Source of the DNA: Fibrobacteria bacterium | GTDB lineage: Bacteria; Fibrobacterota; Fibrobacteria; UBA11236 | Length of the DNA: 64,000 nucleotides | Assembly: GCA_043732185.1 (NCBI GenBank) | Contig: JAYTHY010000052.1 | Location: 1 to 64,000, forward strand | Direction of reading: 5' to 3' | In this document: piece after piece, positions 28,460 to 37,651 of the stretch | Layout of the letters: each line of letters begins with the position of its first letter | Numbering within the stretch: the first letter of the stretch is position 1 | The notes under the pieces: model-generated | Told to the model about the DNA's origin: nothing | The model's database searches: none | What the model saw: the letters and a program-made list of their open reading frames with translations, nothing else | Program-made: the position numbers and the translations under genes

Positions 28460-29820
28460 ATTCTTTTCTCCTTGGAGAAAAAAACTTTTAAGGCCGGATA
28501 AACATGGCTTTTGTTTTTCAATATGACCCCTGCCATAGGAAGCTCATGGCGTTGAGCCAGGTAGTATTCAAAATCGGAATCCCGATAGGAGGTGTAACGT
28601 TCTAGTTTGAAAGACTCCTCGAAATTTCGCATCAATTGTTGACCATAAGCGACTTCCGTGCGGATTTCACCATATCCCAGCATATTGGGATTCTTGTCCA
28701 ATAAACGTTTTACACTTTGCATCGTTTTGGCAGGATCCCAATCCTCGCCATCGGAAAAATGAAAGGCATAGGCATTCCATTTATTGGGTGGGTAATCGGT
28801 TTCGATAAGATGTGTGGCCAAATCATAAGCAGACGCGCAAACCGTACCGCCCGATTCCCCCTTATGGAAAAATTCCTCCTCGGTCACCAGTTTGGCTTCT
28901 GATGTGTGGGCAATAAAACGGATATCCACATTTCGGTATTTGTGTTTGAGGAATTCTACCATCCAGAAGAAAAAGGAACGGGCCAAGTATTTTTTAGTGG
29001 TCGACATACTTCCGGAAACATCCATCATCGCCAAAATCACAGCATTGCTATGGCTTTCGACATTTTCTTTAACTACCCGATAGCGTAGATCATTATGCGC
29101 GAGAAAAGGCTTGAGTTTATTTTCTTCCTCAGTAAGCTCTGCTTCAGGATCAACCTGGTTAAGCAGTTCTAGTGCTTTCTGATAATCACCCCGAAACTTG
29201 TTGAGCGCTTTTTGACAAAGCTCCAGGGATTTACCGGTTTTTTCAGCCAATTTTGAAACCGAGTCTGCTGCCCTTTTAATGGATTCCCGAATACTTCGTT
29301 TTTTATCCAGATTGGGTTTTAAGCCATGTTTTTCAATATCTTCAAAGCTCCAACCCTCGGGCACCACGGTCTCGGCAATCTCTTTTTTACGCAGATCAGG
29401 AAGTTGCAAATCCTCCATCATCATCTGTATGAGTTCTTCTATGTCGACTTCAGTCTCCATATAGTCTTCACCTGCTGCTTCCGCAGGCTTTCCGCCTGTT
29501 CCAGGTCCTTCCCCTTGCCCATCAGGGGCGCGACGCCGTCCAATGACATCGCCTTTGTCTTTTTTCCCATGGCCGAGCCCATAACCGCCGCCACCTTCCC
29601 CACTTTGCCCACCTTTACGCTTTCCGTAAATGAACTGATAGGATTTAATTCCGCGGATGGGAATTTTTACGGTTTGGCCTTTTTTCCGGGAGATGATACT
29701 CTCTTCGGAAATCACATCCGCGATATTTTCCCGGATGCTGTCTTTAATCTTCTTCTGGTGACGGGCCACATCCTCCTGGCCCCGTTTGGAAATGTCCCAA
29801 TCAACTTCGCGCACCGTCAT
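28456..29820 (-). CDS. yeaH: YeaH/YhbH (DUF444) vWA-like protein with a UBA/EF-Ts-N-like insert
   Basis: DLRYR, MMDVSGSM, LARSFFFW, FIAHTSEA, ESGGT, FHFSDGED. Confidence 0.93.
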   Translation of the reverse strand: MTVREVDWDISKRGQEDVARHQKKIKDSIRENIADVISEESIISRKKGQTVKIPIRGIKSYQFIYGKRKGGQSGEGGGGYGLGHGKKDKGDVIGRRRAPDGQGEGPGTGGKPAEAAGEDYMETEVDIEELIQMMMEDLQLPDLRKKEIAETVVPEGWSFEDIEKHGLKPNLDKKRSIRESIKRAADSVSKLAEKTGKSLELCQKALNKFRGDYQKALELLNQVDPEAELTEEENKLKPFLAHNDLRYRVVKENVESHSNAVILAMMDVSGSMSTTKKYLARSFFFWMVEFLKHKYRNVDIRFIAHTSEAKLVTEEEFFHKGESGGTVCASAYDLATHLIETDYPPNKWNAYAFHFSDGEDWDPAKTMQSVKRLLDKNPNMLGYGEIRTEVAYGQQLMRNFEESFKLERYTSYRDSDFEYYLAQRHELPMAGVILKNKSHVYPALKVFFSKEKRI

Positions 29821-29826
29821 GGAGAT

Positions 29827-31806
29827 TTACTCTTCTTTCCTTAAAACCTCACCCACGTATTGTAACAAGCGTTCTGCATTGCGTTCGGAGTACCCCTTGG
29901 ACTTGAGCGAATCGATGGCATCGCCCCGTCGTTTTAAGGATTTTGGATCTTTTTTATTGGGATCCGCAATAGTCAAGCTGACTACGTTTTTGAGATCCGC
30001 CATCAGTTTCTTTTCAATCGCCTCATTCAATGGCTGATAAGATTTAAAATCAAACGGCTTACCTTGATCCAAAGCATCGGATTTGAAAACGAATATGCCT
30101 TGTCGAAATTCCCGTTTGGCATTTTCAGATACGCCAATCATCTCTTCTATGCTGCGCATCAGCCTTTCGTCCGCTTCCAACGCTTCGCCGGTAACTTGAT
30201 CGGTCATTTTTTTCTTGAGGCAGAAAGAAGTCGTGTGCTTGATGTAATTGTCGAATAAGGATTGCGCCTGGTCTTCATAAGCAAACAGGAAAGCCCGGTT
30301 GACTTCCTTCTTCGCGACTTCTCGGTATTCGGCATTGACACTGCCTTTGTCGGCCATCAGTAGGCGCAGATAACGCTCCGCTTCTTCTTCCGTAAACCCA
30401 ATATGGTGGCCGAAATTATTACGCAAGGAACGCAGCACATCAAGCGGCATGATACTGCCTTCTTTTTCCTTTTCAGAAAGGGCAACATTGATCGCATTGA
30501 CTACAAAACGGGGTGAAATGCCAAACATGCCCTCCCCTTTTTTCTTCCCTTCAATCCGCATGGCTTTAAGATCCGCCGGATCCTTTTCCTGTTCCATTAC
30601 CGCTTCACCATTGTAATACCGCATTTTCTTGATGAGATCTGGACATAGCGACGATTCCGTTAACCGTGTGAGCACGGCAAACATAGCCGCCACTTCCAAT
30701 GAGAACGGAGCAATATCGATAGTCGAAAACTGCGAACTGGCGATCATCTTTTTATAAATGCGCACCTCGTCGTCGATGCGGAGATTATACGGCACATAAA
30801 TGGGATACATGCGGTCGTGCAAGGCTTCATTTTCTTTGTTTGACTTGAATTTTTCAAACTCGGTTTGATTGGTATGCGAAAGTATGACCAGATCCGTATA
30901 AATCTGTGGAAATCCAGGTACCTTGATGAGCTGTTCTTGCGCCACTGTAATCAGCACGTAATGGAATTTAATGTCGCATTTTAAGATTTCAATGTATTCG
31001 ATCAAACCACGATTACTTATTTCTAATTCGCCATCCAGACTGTACGCTCGCGGATCCGTTTCCCCAAATTCAGTGATCTTGGAAAAATCAACATGCCCGA
31101 TCAGTTCGGAAATATCCTGGTTTTTTGGATCGCTGGGCTGGAAGGTACCAATTCCACGTCGGGCACGCTCGGAAAGCGTAACCTGTTTCACCTTTACCTT
31201 TTCCCAGAGGATTCCACCTTTTTCATCGCGGAAGTCCTTATTGTTCAAAAGGCGGTGGCGACAAATTGGACAAAGATCCCCTTCGATTTTTATACCACCG
31301 AGAATATCTTCCCATTTTGCGCGATCATGACGCGGTACCAGATGAAGCGGATCTTCGGACATCGGACAACCGTCGATGGCGTAAATGGGCATGGTGTTGG
31401 AATAGTCTTCCAGTCGTTTTTTTAGCAAGCTGGCTATGGACGATTTGCCTGAAGAAACAGGCCCTACCAACATCAGAATTCGCTTACCCGTTTCCGTGCG
31501 CCGAGCGCCCGCATGAAAGAACTTCACAATATCGTGAATGGATTCATCTACCCCGAAAATGTTGCCTTCAAAAAAATTATACTGGACCAGATCTTCATAA
31601 CCGGGAAGCAGGTCTTTCTCCGTAGTGGGGTTCGTCCCTTGTGAAATAATCATATTGTAAAGACGGCTGGGAGCCGACATCGCCAAGGTGGGCGTTGCCT
31701 TGACTAATTCCAGATATTCCAGGCATGTGCCTTGCCAAGAGGTGGCGTTTTTCTTCGCTCGATTTTCATTGATAATGGATTGGAAATCGCGGTTTTCGTC
31801 TACCAT
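29827..31806 (-). CDS. prkA: PrkA/YeaG AAA+ serine protein kinase family
   Basis: GPVSSGKS (Walker A), CPMSEDPL, GIGTFQPSDPKNQD, DPRAYSLDGEL, EALHDR, GISPRFV. Confidence 0.96.
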   Translation of the reverse strand: MVDENRDFQSIINENRAKKNATSWQGTCLEYLELVKATPTLAMSAPSRLYNMIISQGTNPTTEKDLLPGYEDLVQYNFFEGNIFGVDESIHDIVKFFHAGARRTETGKRILMLVGPVSSGKSSIASLLKKRLEDYSNTMPIYAIDGCPMSEDPLHLVPRHDRAKWEDILGGIKIEGDLCPICRHRLLNNKDFRDEKGGILWEKVKVKQVTLSERARRGIGTFQPSDPKNQDISELIGHVDFSKITEFGETDPRAYSLDGELEISNRGLIEYIEILKCDIKFHYVLITVAQEQLIKVPGFPQIYTDLVILSHTNQTEFEKFKSNKENEALHDRMYPIYVPYNLRIDDEVRIYKKMIASSQFSTIDIAPFSLEVAAMFAVLTRLTESSLCPDLIKKMRYYNGEAVMEQEKDPADLKAMRIEGKKKGEGMFGISPRFVVNAINVALSEKEKEGSIMPLDVLRSLRNNFGHHIGFTEEEAERYLRLLMADKGSVNAEYREVAKKEVNRAFLFAYEDQAQSLFDNYIKHTTSFCLKKKMTDQVTGEALEADERLMRSIEEMIGVSENAKREFRQGIFVFKSDALDQGKPFDFKSYQPLNEAIEKKLMADLKNVVSLTIADPNKKDPKSLKRRGDAIDSLKSKGYSERNAERLLQYVGEVLRKEE

Positions 31807-32041
31807 TGGTAGCTTCCCTTCTCGCTGAAACCTGCCTATATATTACGTTGTCCCATTCGGGAAAACAGCAATTTTCTAAATTTTTCTTCTCTGAAATTGG
31901 TGTCCGGCCGCAAGTTACTCGGGTTACCGGCCACTTCCCTTGTAACGGCAATGGTTGATCTATTGTCGTCGAGTAGCGGTTTTTTACTAATTTCACTCTT
32001 TATTCAATTCAAAATTATCGTCCATAGGGATTTTCAACACC

Positions 32042-33289
32042 ATGACCAAGATCAATTCAAATTATCAAAAACTGCAAGCCGGTTACCTGTTCCCGGAAAT
32101 CGGAAAAAGGGTTAAGGCTTATGCTACCGAAAACCCGACTGCAAAAATTATTCGCTTGGGAATCGGGGATGTTGTCTTGCCCTTGCCTCCTGTAATTTTG
32201 GAAGCCATGCACAAAGGCGTTGATGAAATGGGCAAAGCTGAAAGCTTTAAAGGCTATGGTCCGGAGCAGGGCTATGATTTTTTACTGCAAGCCATTTCCA
32301 AACATTTTCAATCACAGGGCGCACAGGTGGCACCGGATGAAATTTTCGTCTCTGATGGTTCAAAATGCGACACAGCCAACATACAGGAAATTTTTGACAT
32401 CGACAACGTCATTGCCGTGACGGATCCTGTCTATCCCGTTTATGTGGATACCAATGTGATGGCAGGACGCACCGGTGAGGCCGAATCTGGCCGTTATGGC
32501 AAGCTCGTCTATATGCCGACCACGGCTGAAAATGGTTTCGACCCAGAAATTCCAAAATCTTCTTCACCGGGAGCAGGGCATGTGGACCTTATTTATCTAT
32601 GCTCGCCAAATAATCCTACCGGAGCGGTGATGCCCAGAACCTCACTGGAAAAGTGGGTTGCCTACGCTAAGGCGAATGATGCCATAATCCTGTTCGACGC
32701 TGCCTATGAAGCCTTTATCCAAGAGCCCGGATTGCTCCATTCCATTTATGAAATTCCCGGTGCCCGGGAAGTCGCGATCGAGTTCCGAAGTCTATCCAAA
32801 ACCGCTGGTTTTACCGGTACCCGGTGCGCGTATACCGTTGTACCCAAGGAATTGAAGGCCAAAAATCAAAAAGGGGAATTAGTAAGCGTCCATAGCTTAT
32901 GGAACCGTCGCCAGACCACCAAATTTAATGGTGTAAGTTATCCTATTCAAAAAGCCGCAGAAGCCACTTTCACCGAAGCCGGTGCCAAAGCCATTCGCGA
33001 CAACATCGCTTATTATATGGAAAACGCGCGTATTATCCGTGAAGGATTGAAATTTTCCGGTTACACGGTTTATGGTGGGGTGAACGCACCTTACATCTGG
33101 TTGAAAGTGCCGAATGCCATGACTTCTTGGGCTTTTTTTGACAAATTGCTTCAGGAAGCCCAAGTTGTAGGCACCCCAGGATCTGGATTCGGTTCTTGCG
33201 GCGAGGGATATTTCCGATTGAGCGCCTTCGGTTTCCGGGAAAATGTTGTTGAGGCTGTTGAACGGATAAAACTACGCATAAAGCCATAA
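32042..33289 (+). CDS. dapL: LL-diaminopimelate aminotransferase
   Basis: [65 protein letters not shown]. Confidence 0.97.
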   Translation: MTKINSNYQKLQAGYLFPEIGKRVKAYATENPTAKIIRLGIGDVVLPLPPVILEAMHKGVDEMGKAESFKGYGPEQGYDFLLQAISKHFQSQGAQVAPDEIFVSDGSKCDTANIQEIFDIDNVIAVTDPVYPVYVDTNVMAGRTGEAESGRYGKLVYMPTTAENGFDPEIPKSSSPGAGHVDLIYLCSPNNPTGAVMPRTSLEKWVAYAKANDAIILFDAAYEAFIQEPGLLHSIYEIPGAREVAIEFRSLSKTAGFTGTRCAYTVVPKELKAKNQKGELVSVHSLWNRRQTTKFNGVSYPIQKAAEATFTEAGAKAIRDNIAYYMENARIIREGLKFSGYTVYGGVNAPYIWLKVPNAMTSWAFFDKLLQEAQVVGTPGSGFGSCGEGYFRLSAFGFRENVVEAVERIKLRIKP

Positions 33290-33374
33290 TAAAAATCTTC
33301 AAAAAAATAAACCTTTTTTCCACGCAATTTTTGTGATTATTGAAAGCCCAAATACCATGAATAAGGTCTAAATT

Positions 33375-33403
33375 CTTGTACTTGTACTTGTACTTGTACT
33401 TGT
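33375..33403. repeat. Perfect hexamer microsatellite (CTTGTA) x4.8
   Basis: cttgta cttgta cttgta cttgta cttgt, ending 17 nt before the AGGAG SD of the OMP gene. Confidence 0.85.
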
Positions 33404-33432
33404 TCATGTTGATTTCAAAAAGGAGCCGTATC

Positions 33433-33993
33433 ATGTCATCACAGTATCAAAAGAGTCTTGTTTTGGCCCTAGTACTCCTAACCGGGGCTTGGGCAGGGGG
33501 TCATAATTTTGGGCTGGGTTTCATTTTGGGGGAACCGACAGCATTGGATGCAAAATACTGGACCAGCGCCAGCACCGCGATAGATTTTGGACTAGGCTGG
33601 GGACTGGGATACAACAATTATTATGATGATCGGTGCTGGGATGCAGCGTACTATAACCGGAATCGAGCCTATTGCAATGACCGTGGTTTCAATGGTAATG
33701 GGAGTAACCGCTACGGTTACCGTGGTTTACACGTGCATGCAGATTATCTTTTCCATAACTTTAACGTAATACATACCTCAGAAAAATTTCCCATTTATTA
33801 CGGGCCTGGATTAAACTTGAATTTTTGGAATCAAGGGGACACCCAATTTGGAATTCGCGGCGTAATCGGAATTGCTTGGATGCCGCAAGCGACCCCCATA
33901 GATTTATTTTTCGAAATCGCACCAGTTTTAGAATTGATCCCGGGAACTTGGATGGATGTGAATGCTGGAATTGGCGGTCGATTTTATTTCTGA
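33433..33993 (+). CDS. Small outer-membrane beta-barrel protein (DUF3996-like)
   Basis: AGGAG SD at 33421; signal peptide; GLGFILGEPTALDAKYW, HVHADYL, PIDLFFEIAP; terminal GIGGRFYF. The track start 33376 is an artefact of the repeat. Confidence 0.85.
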   Translation: MSSQYQKSLVLALVLLTGAWAGGHNFGLGFILGEPTALDAKYWTSASTAIDFGLGWGLGYNNYYDDRCWDAAYYNRNRAYCNDRGFNGNGSNRYGYRGLHVHADYLFHNFNVIHTSEKFPIYYGPGLNLNFWNQGDTQFGIRGVIGIAWMPQATPIDLFFEIAPVLELIPGTWMDVNAGIGGRFYF

Positions 33994-36704
33994 TGTAAAA
34001 CTGCGGGACGATAATCCTGCAAGGAAACGCGACAATTGGCGCCATGGACTATGGCTGGCAAACTCTCGATGCCGGGGTGAGGCAGTGCGAATAGAACTTT
34101 TGAACCGGGCTTATTCGCCACTGCAGCTTTTAAACGGATAAAAGTGGCCGCTTGGTGCGCGTCAAGGCCTAGCATCAAGCGGTTTGCTTCACTTGTTTTG
34201 TGCTGTTCTTCCAAGGCGATGATAAGATTTAGTACCGATTCTGGGGCACTTGCATCCAGCTCCAAAGCTTTGCGAAAATGAAATTCCGCCGCTTCCGGTT
34301 CAATCAGTGATAGGGGATGAATGAATTGGATTCCCAAGTCAGTATGGGCCAAAGATAGTGCCCTAGAAGAGTGATCTTTTTCCAAATAGGGGTAGATTTT
34401 TTCCATCGGCAGCGTCCGTCTGTACCCAGGCAGGAATCGAGTTATTTCTTTAGCAATGCCGGAAGGATCCGAATAGGAAAGGCTTTTGGGTGATTCGTAA
34501 TACAACGCCAGTGGCTCGGCTAAATGAAAGGCGCCGGCGGAAAGCGAGGCTTTTAAGAAGAACTCATAGTCCCCGGCAATTTTATAGCTCCCATCGAAAA
34601 ATCCTAAACTATTATGCAAGGATTTCCGCCACATCACTGTACAACCAAATGGACAATCAACCAAAACTTGCCTTGCATTGAAATCAGGCATTACCCAAAC
34701 ACTGGTAGCCGAATGGCTTGTCATTGTTTCATTTTTTCTTTTTGTTAACAGGGCATCAACGTATACCAGTCCTTCCATTCTGGCATCCAAAGTCGCCGCC
34801 ATCCGTTCGAAGGCATTATGGCTATGCCGATCATCAGCATTGGCATTTACCAAATATTCTCCTCGGGAAATCGTCACTGCCCGGTTCCATGCACTATAAA
34901 TGGATTCCCTTTCCGTGCGCAAATATTGGATGCCAGAAAACTTAGATTGAAAATCTTTGACAATGTTATGCTCTCCTTGGGACGAGCCACTGTCAATGAC
35001 TACGATTTCCAGTTCACCTTTTAAAAAGAGCGTCTGTTCGACCAAGTCTTGGAGGCATCCCTGCATGAATTCTTCGGCTTGATACACGGATACAATAGCG
35101 CTTACTTTGGGAAGAAATGGCGCAGATTTTTCGAGACGGATTCCAGAAATTTCCGGAGTTGGCAAAGTGGCCTCAGGAGAAACCTGCGGCGTATTTCCCC
35201 TTTCAGGTTCCAAGAATTTCAATTCGTCCTGATATCCGGGTACTTCCCTATCCAGAAAAGCGGTCACGCCATCGGCCAATTCCTGTTTGCCCAGAGCAAG
35301 GGTAGATTGACGAAGCCACCAACGCGCCCGCCAATGCGGAAAACCGGTTTTAATGGCCTCCACGAATTCAAGAGCGGCCTCTCCATGCCAACCCATTGCG
35401 GAAAAAGCCAAACCTGCCCAGAATCGTAAAAAAGGATCGGTGGGATAGCGCTCCCGATACGCCATGATCCCACTGACAAAGAGCAGACGGTTGGCATGGG
35501 AAATTTCTGCTTCGGCTTTCCATACAACTGGTAAGGCACCTCCTTCACGGCTCACTTTAAATGCACCAGCCTGATCCCCCAATGTGTCTATAAAGATACG
35601 TGCACCATCCGATCCGGTGGCCTTTGCAGTGGGCCAGTGTCGGGAGCGTTTCGGCCTCTCCAACATTTTTGCATAAAGGGAGTTGATCTTTACCGCGGCA
35701 TTTTCCGCCCCAAATATTTGCTGTGCATACGACCTGGCGTTAATTCCCATGCGCTGCCGCTCAGCCGGATTCCGGTACAGGTATTCCACGGCTTCTTTGT
35801 ACTCACCCGTGGAATGCACAATTAAGCCAGTAAAATCGTTGATAACCAGGCGCTTAACCCCGCCATACGGAAAAACTACAGGTGCGAAACCTGCGTACAT
35901 GACTTCCTGAAGATTCAATTCGGATCCTGCATATGTTTCTTCGCAAAGTGGATATCCGTAAAGGTCGAATTCCTCCATGACCTCCCGAACATTCTCAACG
36001 TAACCACGGAACTCGAAACGGTCGGTAGCTCCAAGTTCTCGCACTTGACCACGCAATACTTCCAGTGAGCCCTCTCCACAAATAATGAACTTAACATCGG
36101 GAATCTTTATAGCTGCAGACATCCTAACATAATCTGGATGCATTTTAATGAAATCGATGGTGCCGATATAGCCGATCTTAAATCCTGTGTGGGGACGGTG
36201 TTTGAATCCCTGGATTCGGGAAAAATCAGCGGCTCCATAGACCAGACCTGCATGCTGAAATTTCCTTTCGGCTTCCATGTCCCTAAAAATTGGAGTGTCA
36301 TAATAGGTATATGGATTACAAGGCACATTCATATCGGCAAAATCAAGAAGCGCAGGAGTAATTAGATGCGGAACCCGATCACCGGCTACATGATAGAAGA
36401 ACATAAGGCGCATGGGCGGGAGCGCCGAACGTATAAAATCAGTTATTTCCGGAACATTCCACCAGTGCATCTGCACAATATCGGCTTCAGAAAGTTCCGC
36501 TTCTAGTAAAGTGCGAGTTGGGCCGCTGATAACCCTGATACCGGAATCGAGCGCCATTTGATGAGCCCGACCTTCCGCTGGAAGAATCGAGAGAATGCTA
36601 GGCGTATAAGTTCCACTCCTCGCTGAACATTTTGCTGTCGCCACTAATGCCCGTGCAGCTCCTCCCAGGGTTAGAATTTGAATAACATGAAGGATTTTAG
36701 GCAT
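33984..36704 (-). CDS. Glycosyltransferase fusion: GT4 + helical/TPR module + GT2 + TPR
   Basis: MPKILHVIQ..GGAARA (ATG 36704, GGGAG SD); ELNLQEVMYAG; VSAIVSVY...NANADDRH...GDYEFFL. Confidence 0.9.
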   Translation of the reverse strand: MPKILHVIQILTLGGAARALVATAKCSARSGTYTPSILSILPAEGRAHQMALDSGIRVISGPTRTLLEAELSEADIVQMHWWNVPEITDFIRSALPPMRLMFFYHVAGDRVPHLITPALLDFADMNVPCNPYTYYDTPIFRDMEAERKFQHAGLVYGAADFSRIQGFKHRPHTGFKIGYIGTIDFIKMHPDYVRMSAAIKIPDVKFIICGEGSLEVLRGQVRELGATDRFEFRGYVENVREVMEEFDLYGYPLCEETYAGSELNLQEVMYAGFAPVVFPYGGVKRLVINDFTGLIVHSTGEYKEAVEYLYRNPAERQRMGINARSYAQQIFGAENAAVKINSLYAKMLERPKRSRHWPTAKATGSDGARIFIDTLGDQAGAFKVSREGGALPVVWKAEAEISHANRLLFVSGIMAYRERYPTDPFLRFWAGLAFSAMGWHGEAALEFVEAIKTGFPHWRARWWLRQSTLALGKQELADGVTAFLDREVPGYQDELKFLEPERGNTPQVSPEATLPTPEISGIRLEKSAPFLPKVSAIVSVYQAEEFMQGCLQDLVEQTLFLKGELEIVVIDSGSSQGEHNIVKDFQSKFSGIQYLRTERESIYSAWNRAVTISRGEYLVNANADDRHSHNAFERMAATLDARMEGLVYVDALLTKRKNETMTSHSATSVWVMPDFNARQVLVDCPFGCTVMWRKSLHNSLGFFDGSYKIAGDYEFFLKASLSAGAFHLAEPLALYYESPKSLSYSDPSGIAKEITRFLPGYRRTLPMEKIYPYLEKDHSSRALSLAHTDLGIQFIHPLSLIEPEAAEFHFRKALELDASAPESVLNLIIALEEQHKTSEANRLMLGLDAHQAATFIRLKAAVANKPGSKVLFALPHPGIESLPAIVHGANCRVSLQDYRPAVLHQK

Positions 36705-36816
36705 GCGGAAAAGGCTCCCTCGGATCGGAAATTCCCCTACCGGAAATTCCAATAAAATCATGCTGAACGACAGTCCTCCCTCATGATACCATTTAAATGA
36801 TCAAAAAAGGCACCAA

Positions 36817-37629
36817 ATGCGCATTCCAAAAAAACTGGTAAATAGAGACAAACTAGAACCTACTTACGAAATGGAATCGGATGTAAAATTGGAAACCATT
36901 GGCCGAGTGAATTGGGACCAAGTCGAAATCCGTTCTAAATTGGAAGAATTTTTGCCCATATTTGCACAGAGACCGATCCAGGATAATCAAGGAGGTATGA
37001 CATCCGTGGGTCTTTTCAATGTCTGGTTTCTGCTTAATAAACTACAACCGCAATACGTTATTGAAAGTGGAATCTGGAAAGGCCAAAGCACTTGGCTTAT
37101 TGAAAACACTTTGACCCAGGCCCGGATTCTTTCCATTGACATCGATTTATCCTTGCGTAATTTTATTTCCTCCCGCGCCATATATAGCCAAGAAGATTTT
37201 CTGGCCATCAATATTGCGAAACTGGGTTGGCGTTTCGAAAACTCCCTCGCCTTTTTCGATGATCACCAGCATGTAATACCCAGGTTACAAAAATGCCTTG
37301 CCTTAGGAATCAAGGACATCATTCTGGATGACGACTACCCGGAATATGCAGGTGCGCGACATTTAAGTGCAGCATCCAGTTGGAACGAAAAAGATCCATC
37401 TGGAAAGCCGCGGTTCCCGAACGAAAAACATTTTCTTGAGCAACATTTGGAAGCCTATTATCTGATGCCTCCCTTGTTTGATTACCCGGAAGCACTGACC
37501 CAAGAAAAATCCTATCTAACCATGAATTCTTTGATGGGAAAATATGATCCTCTGCGGCATGGAAAACTCGCCATATACAACAGAGACATGTACAGTTATC
37601 GTTGGACAACCTATCTCCGATTGAAGTGA
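36817..37629 (+). CDS. Uncharacterised SAM-methyltransferase-like protein
   Basis: VIESGIWKGQSTW (class I MTase motif I-like), ILSIDI, FFDDHQ, IILDDDY. Confidence 0.7.
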   Translation: MRIPKKLVNRDKLEPTYEMESDVKLETIGRVNWDQVEIRSKLEEFLPIFAQRPIQDNQGGMTSVGLFNVWFLLNKLQPQYVIESGIWKGQSTWLIENTLTQARILSIDIDLSLRNFISSRAIYSQEDFLAINIAKLGWRFENSLAFFDDHQHVIPRLQKCLALGIKDIILDDDYPEYAGARHLSAASSWNEKDPSGKPRFPNEKHFLEQHLEAYYLMPPLFDYPEALTQEKSYLTMNSLMGKYDPLRHGKLAIYNRDMYSYRWTTYLRLK

Positions 37630-37651
37630 CTGCATTCCCAAGTTTTCCATT

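Noticed and set aside
26954..31806. Evidence of sporulation from spoVR/yhbH/prkA
   Set aside because: The trio is widespread in non-sporulating bacteria (yeaG-yeaH-ycgB).
33376..33432. N-terminal extension MYLYLYLYL of the OMP, and the antisense KYKYKYK ORF
   Set aside because: Both are translations of the hexamer repeat. The SD and signal peptide support ATG 33433.
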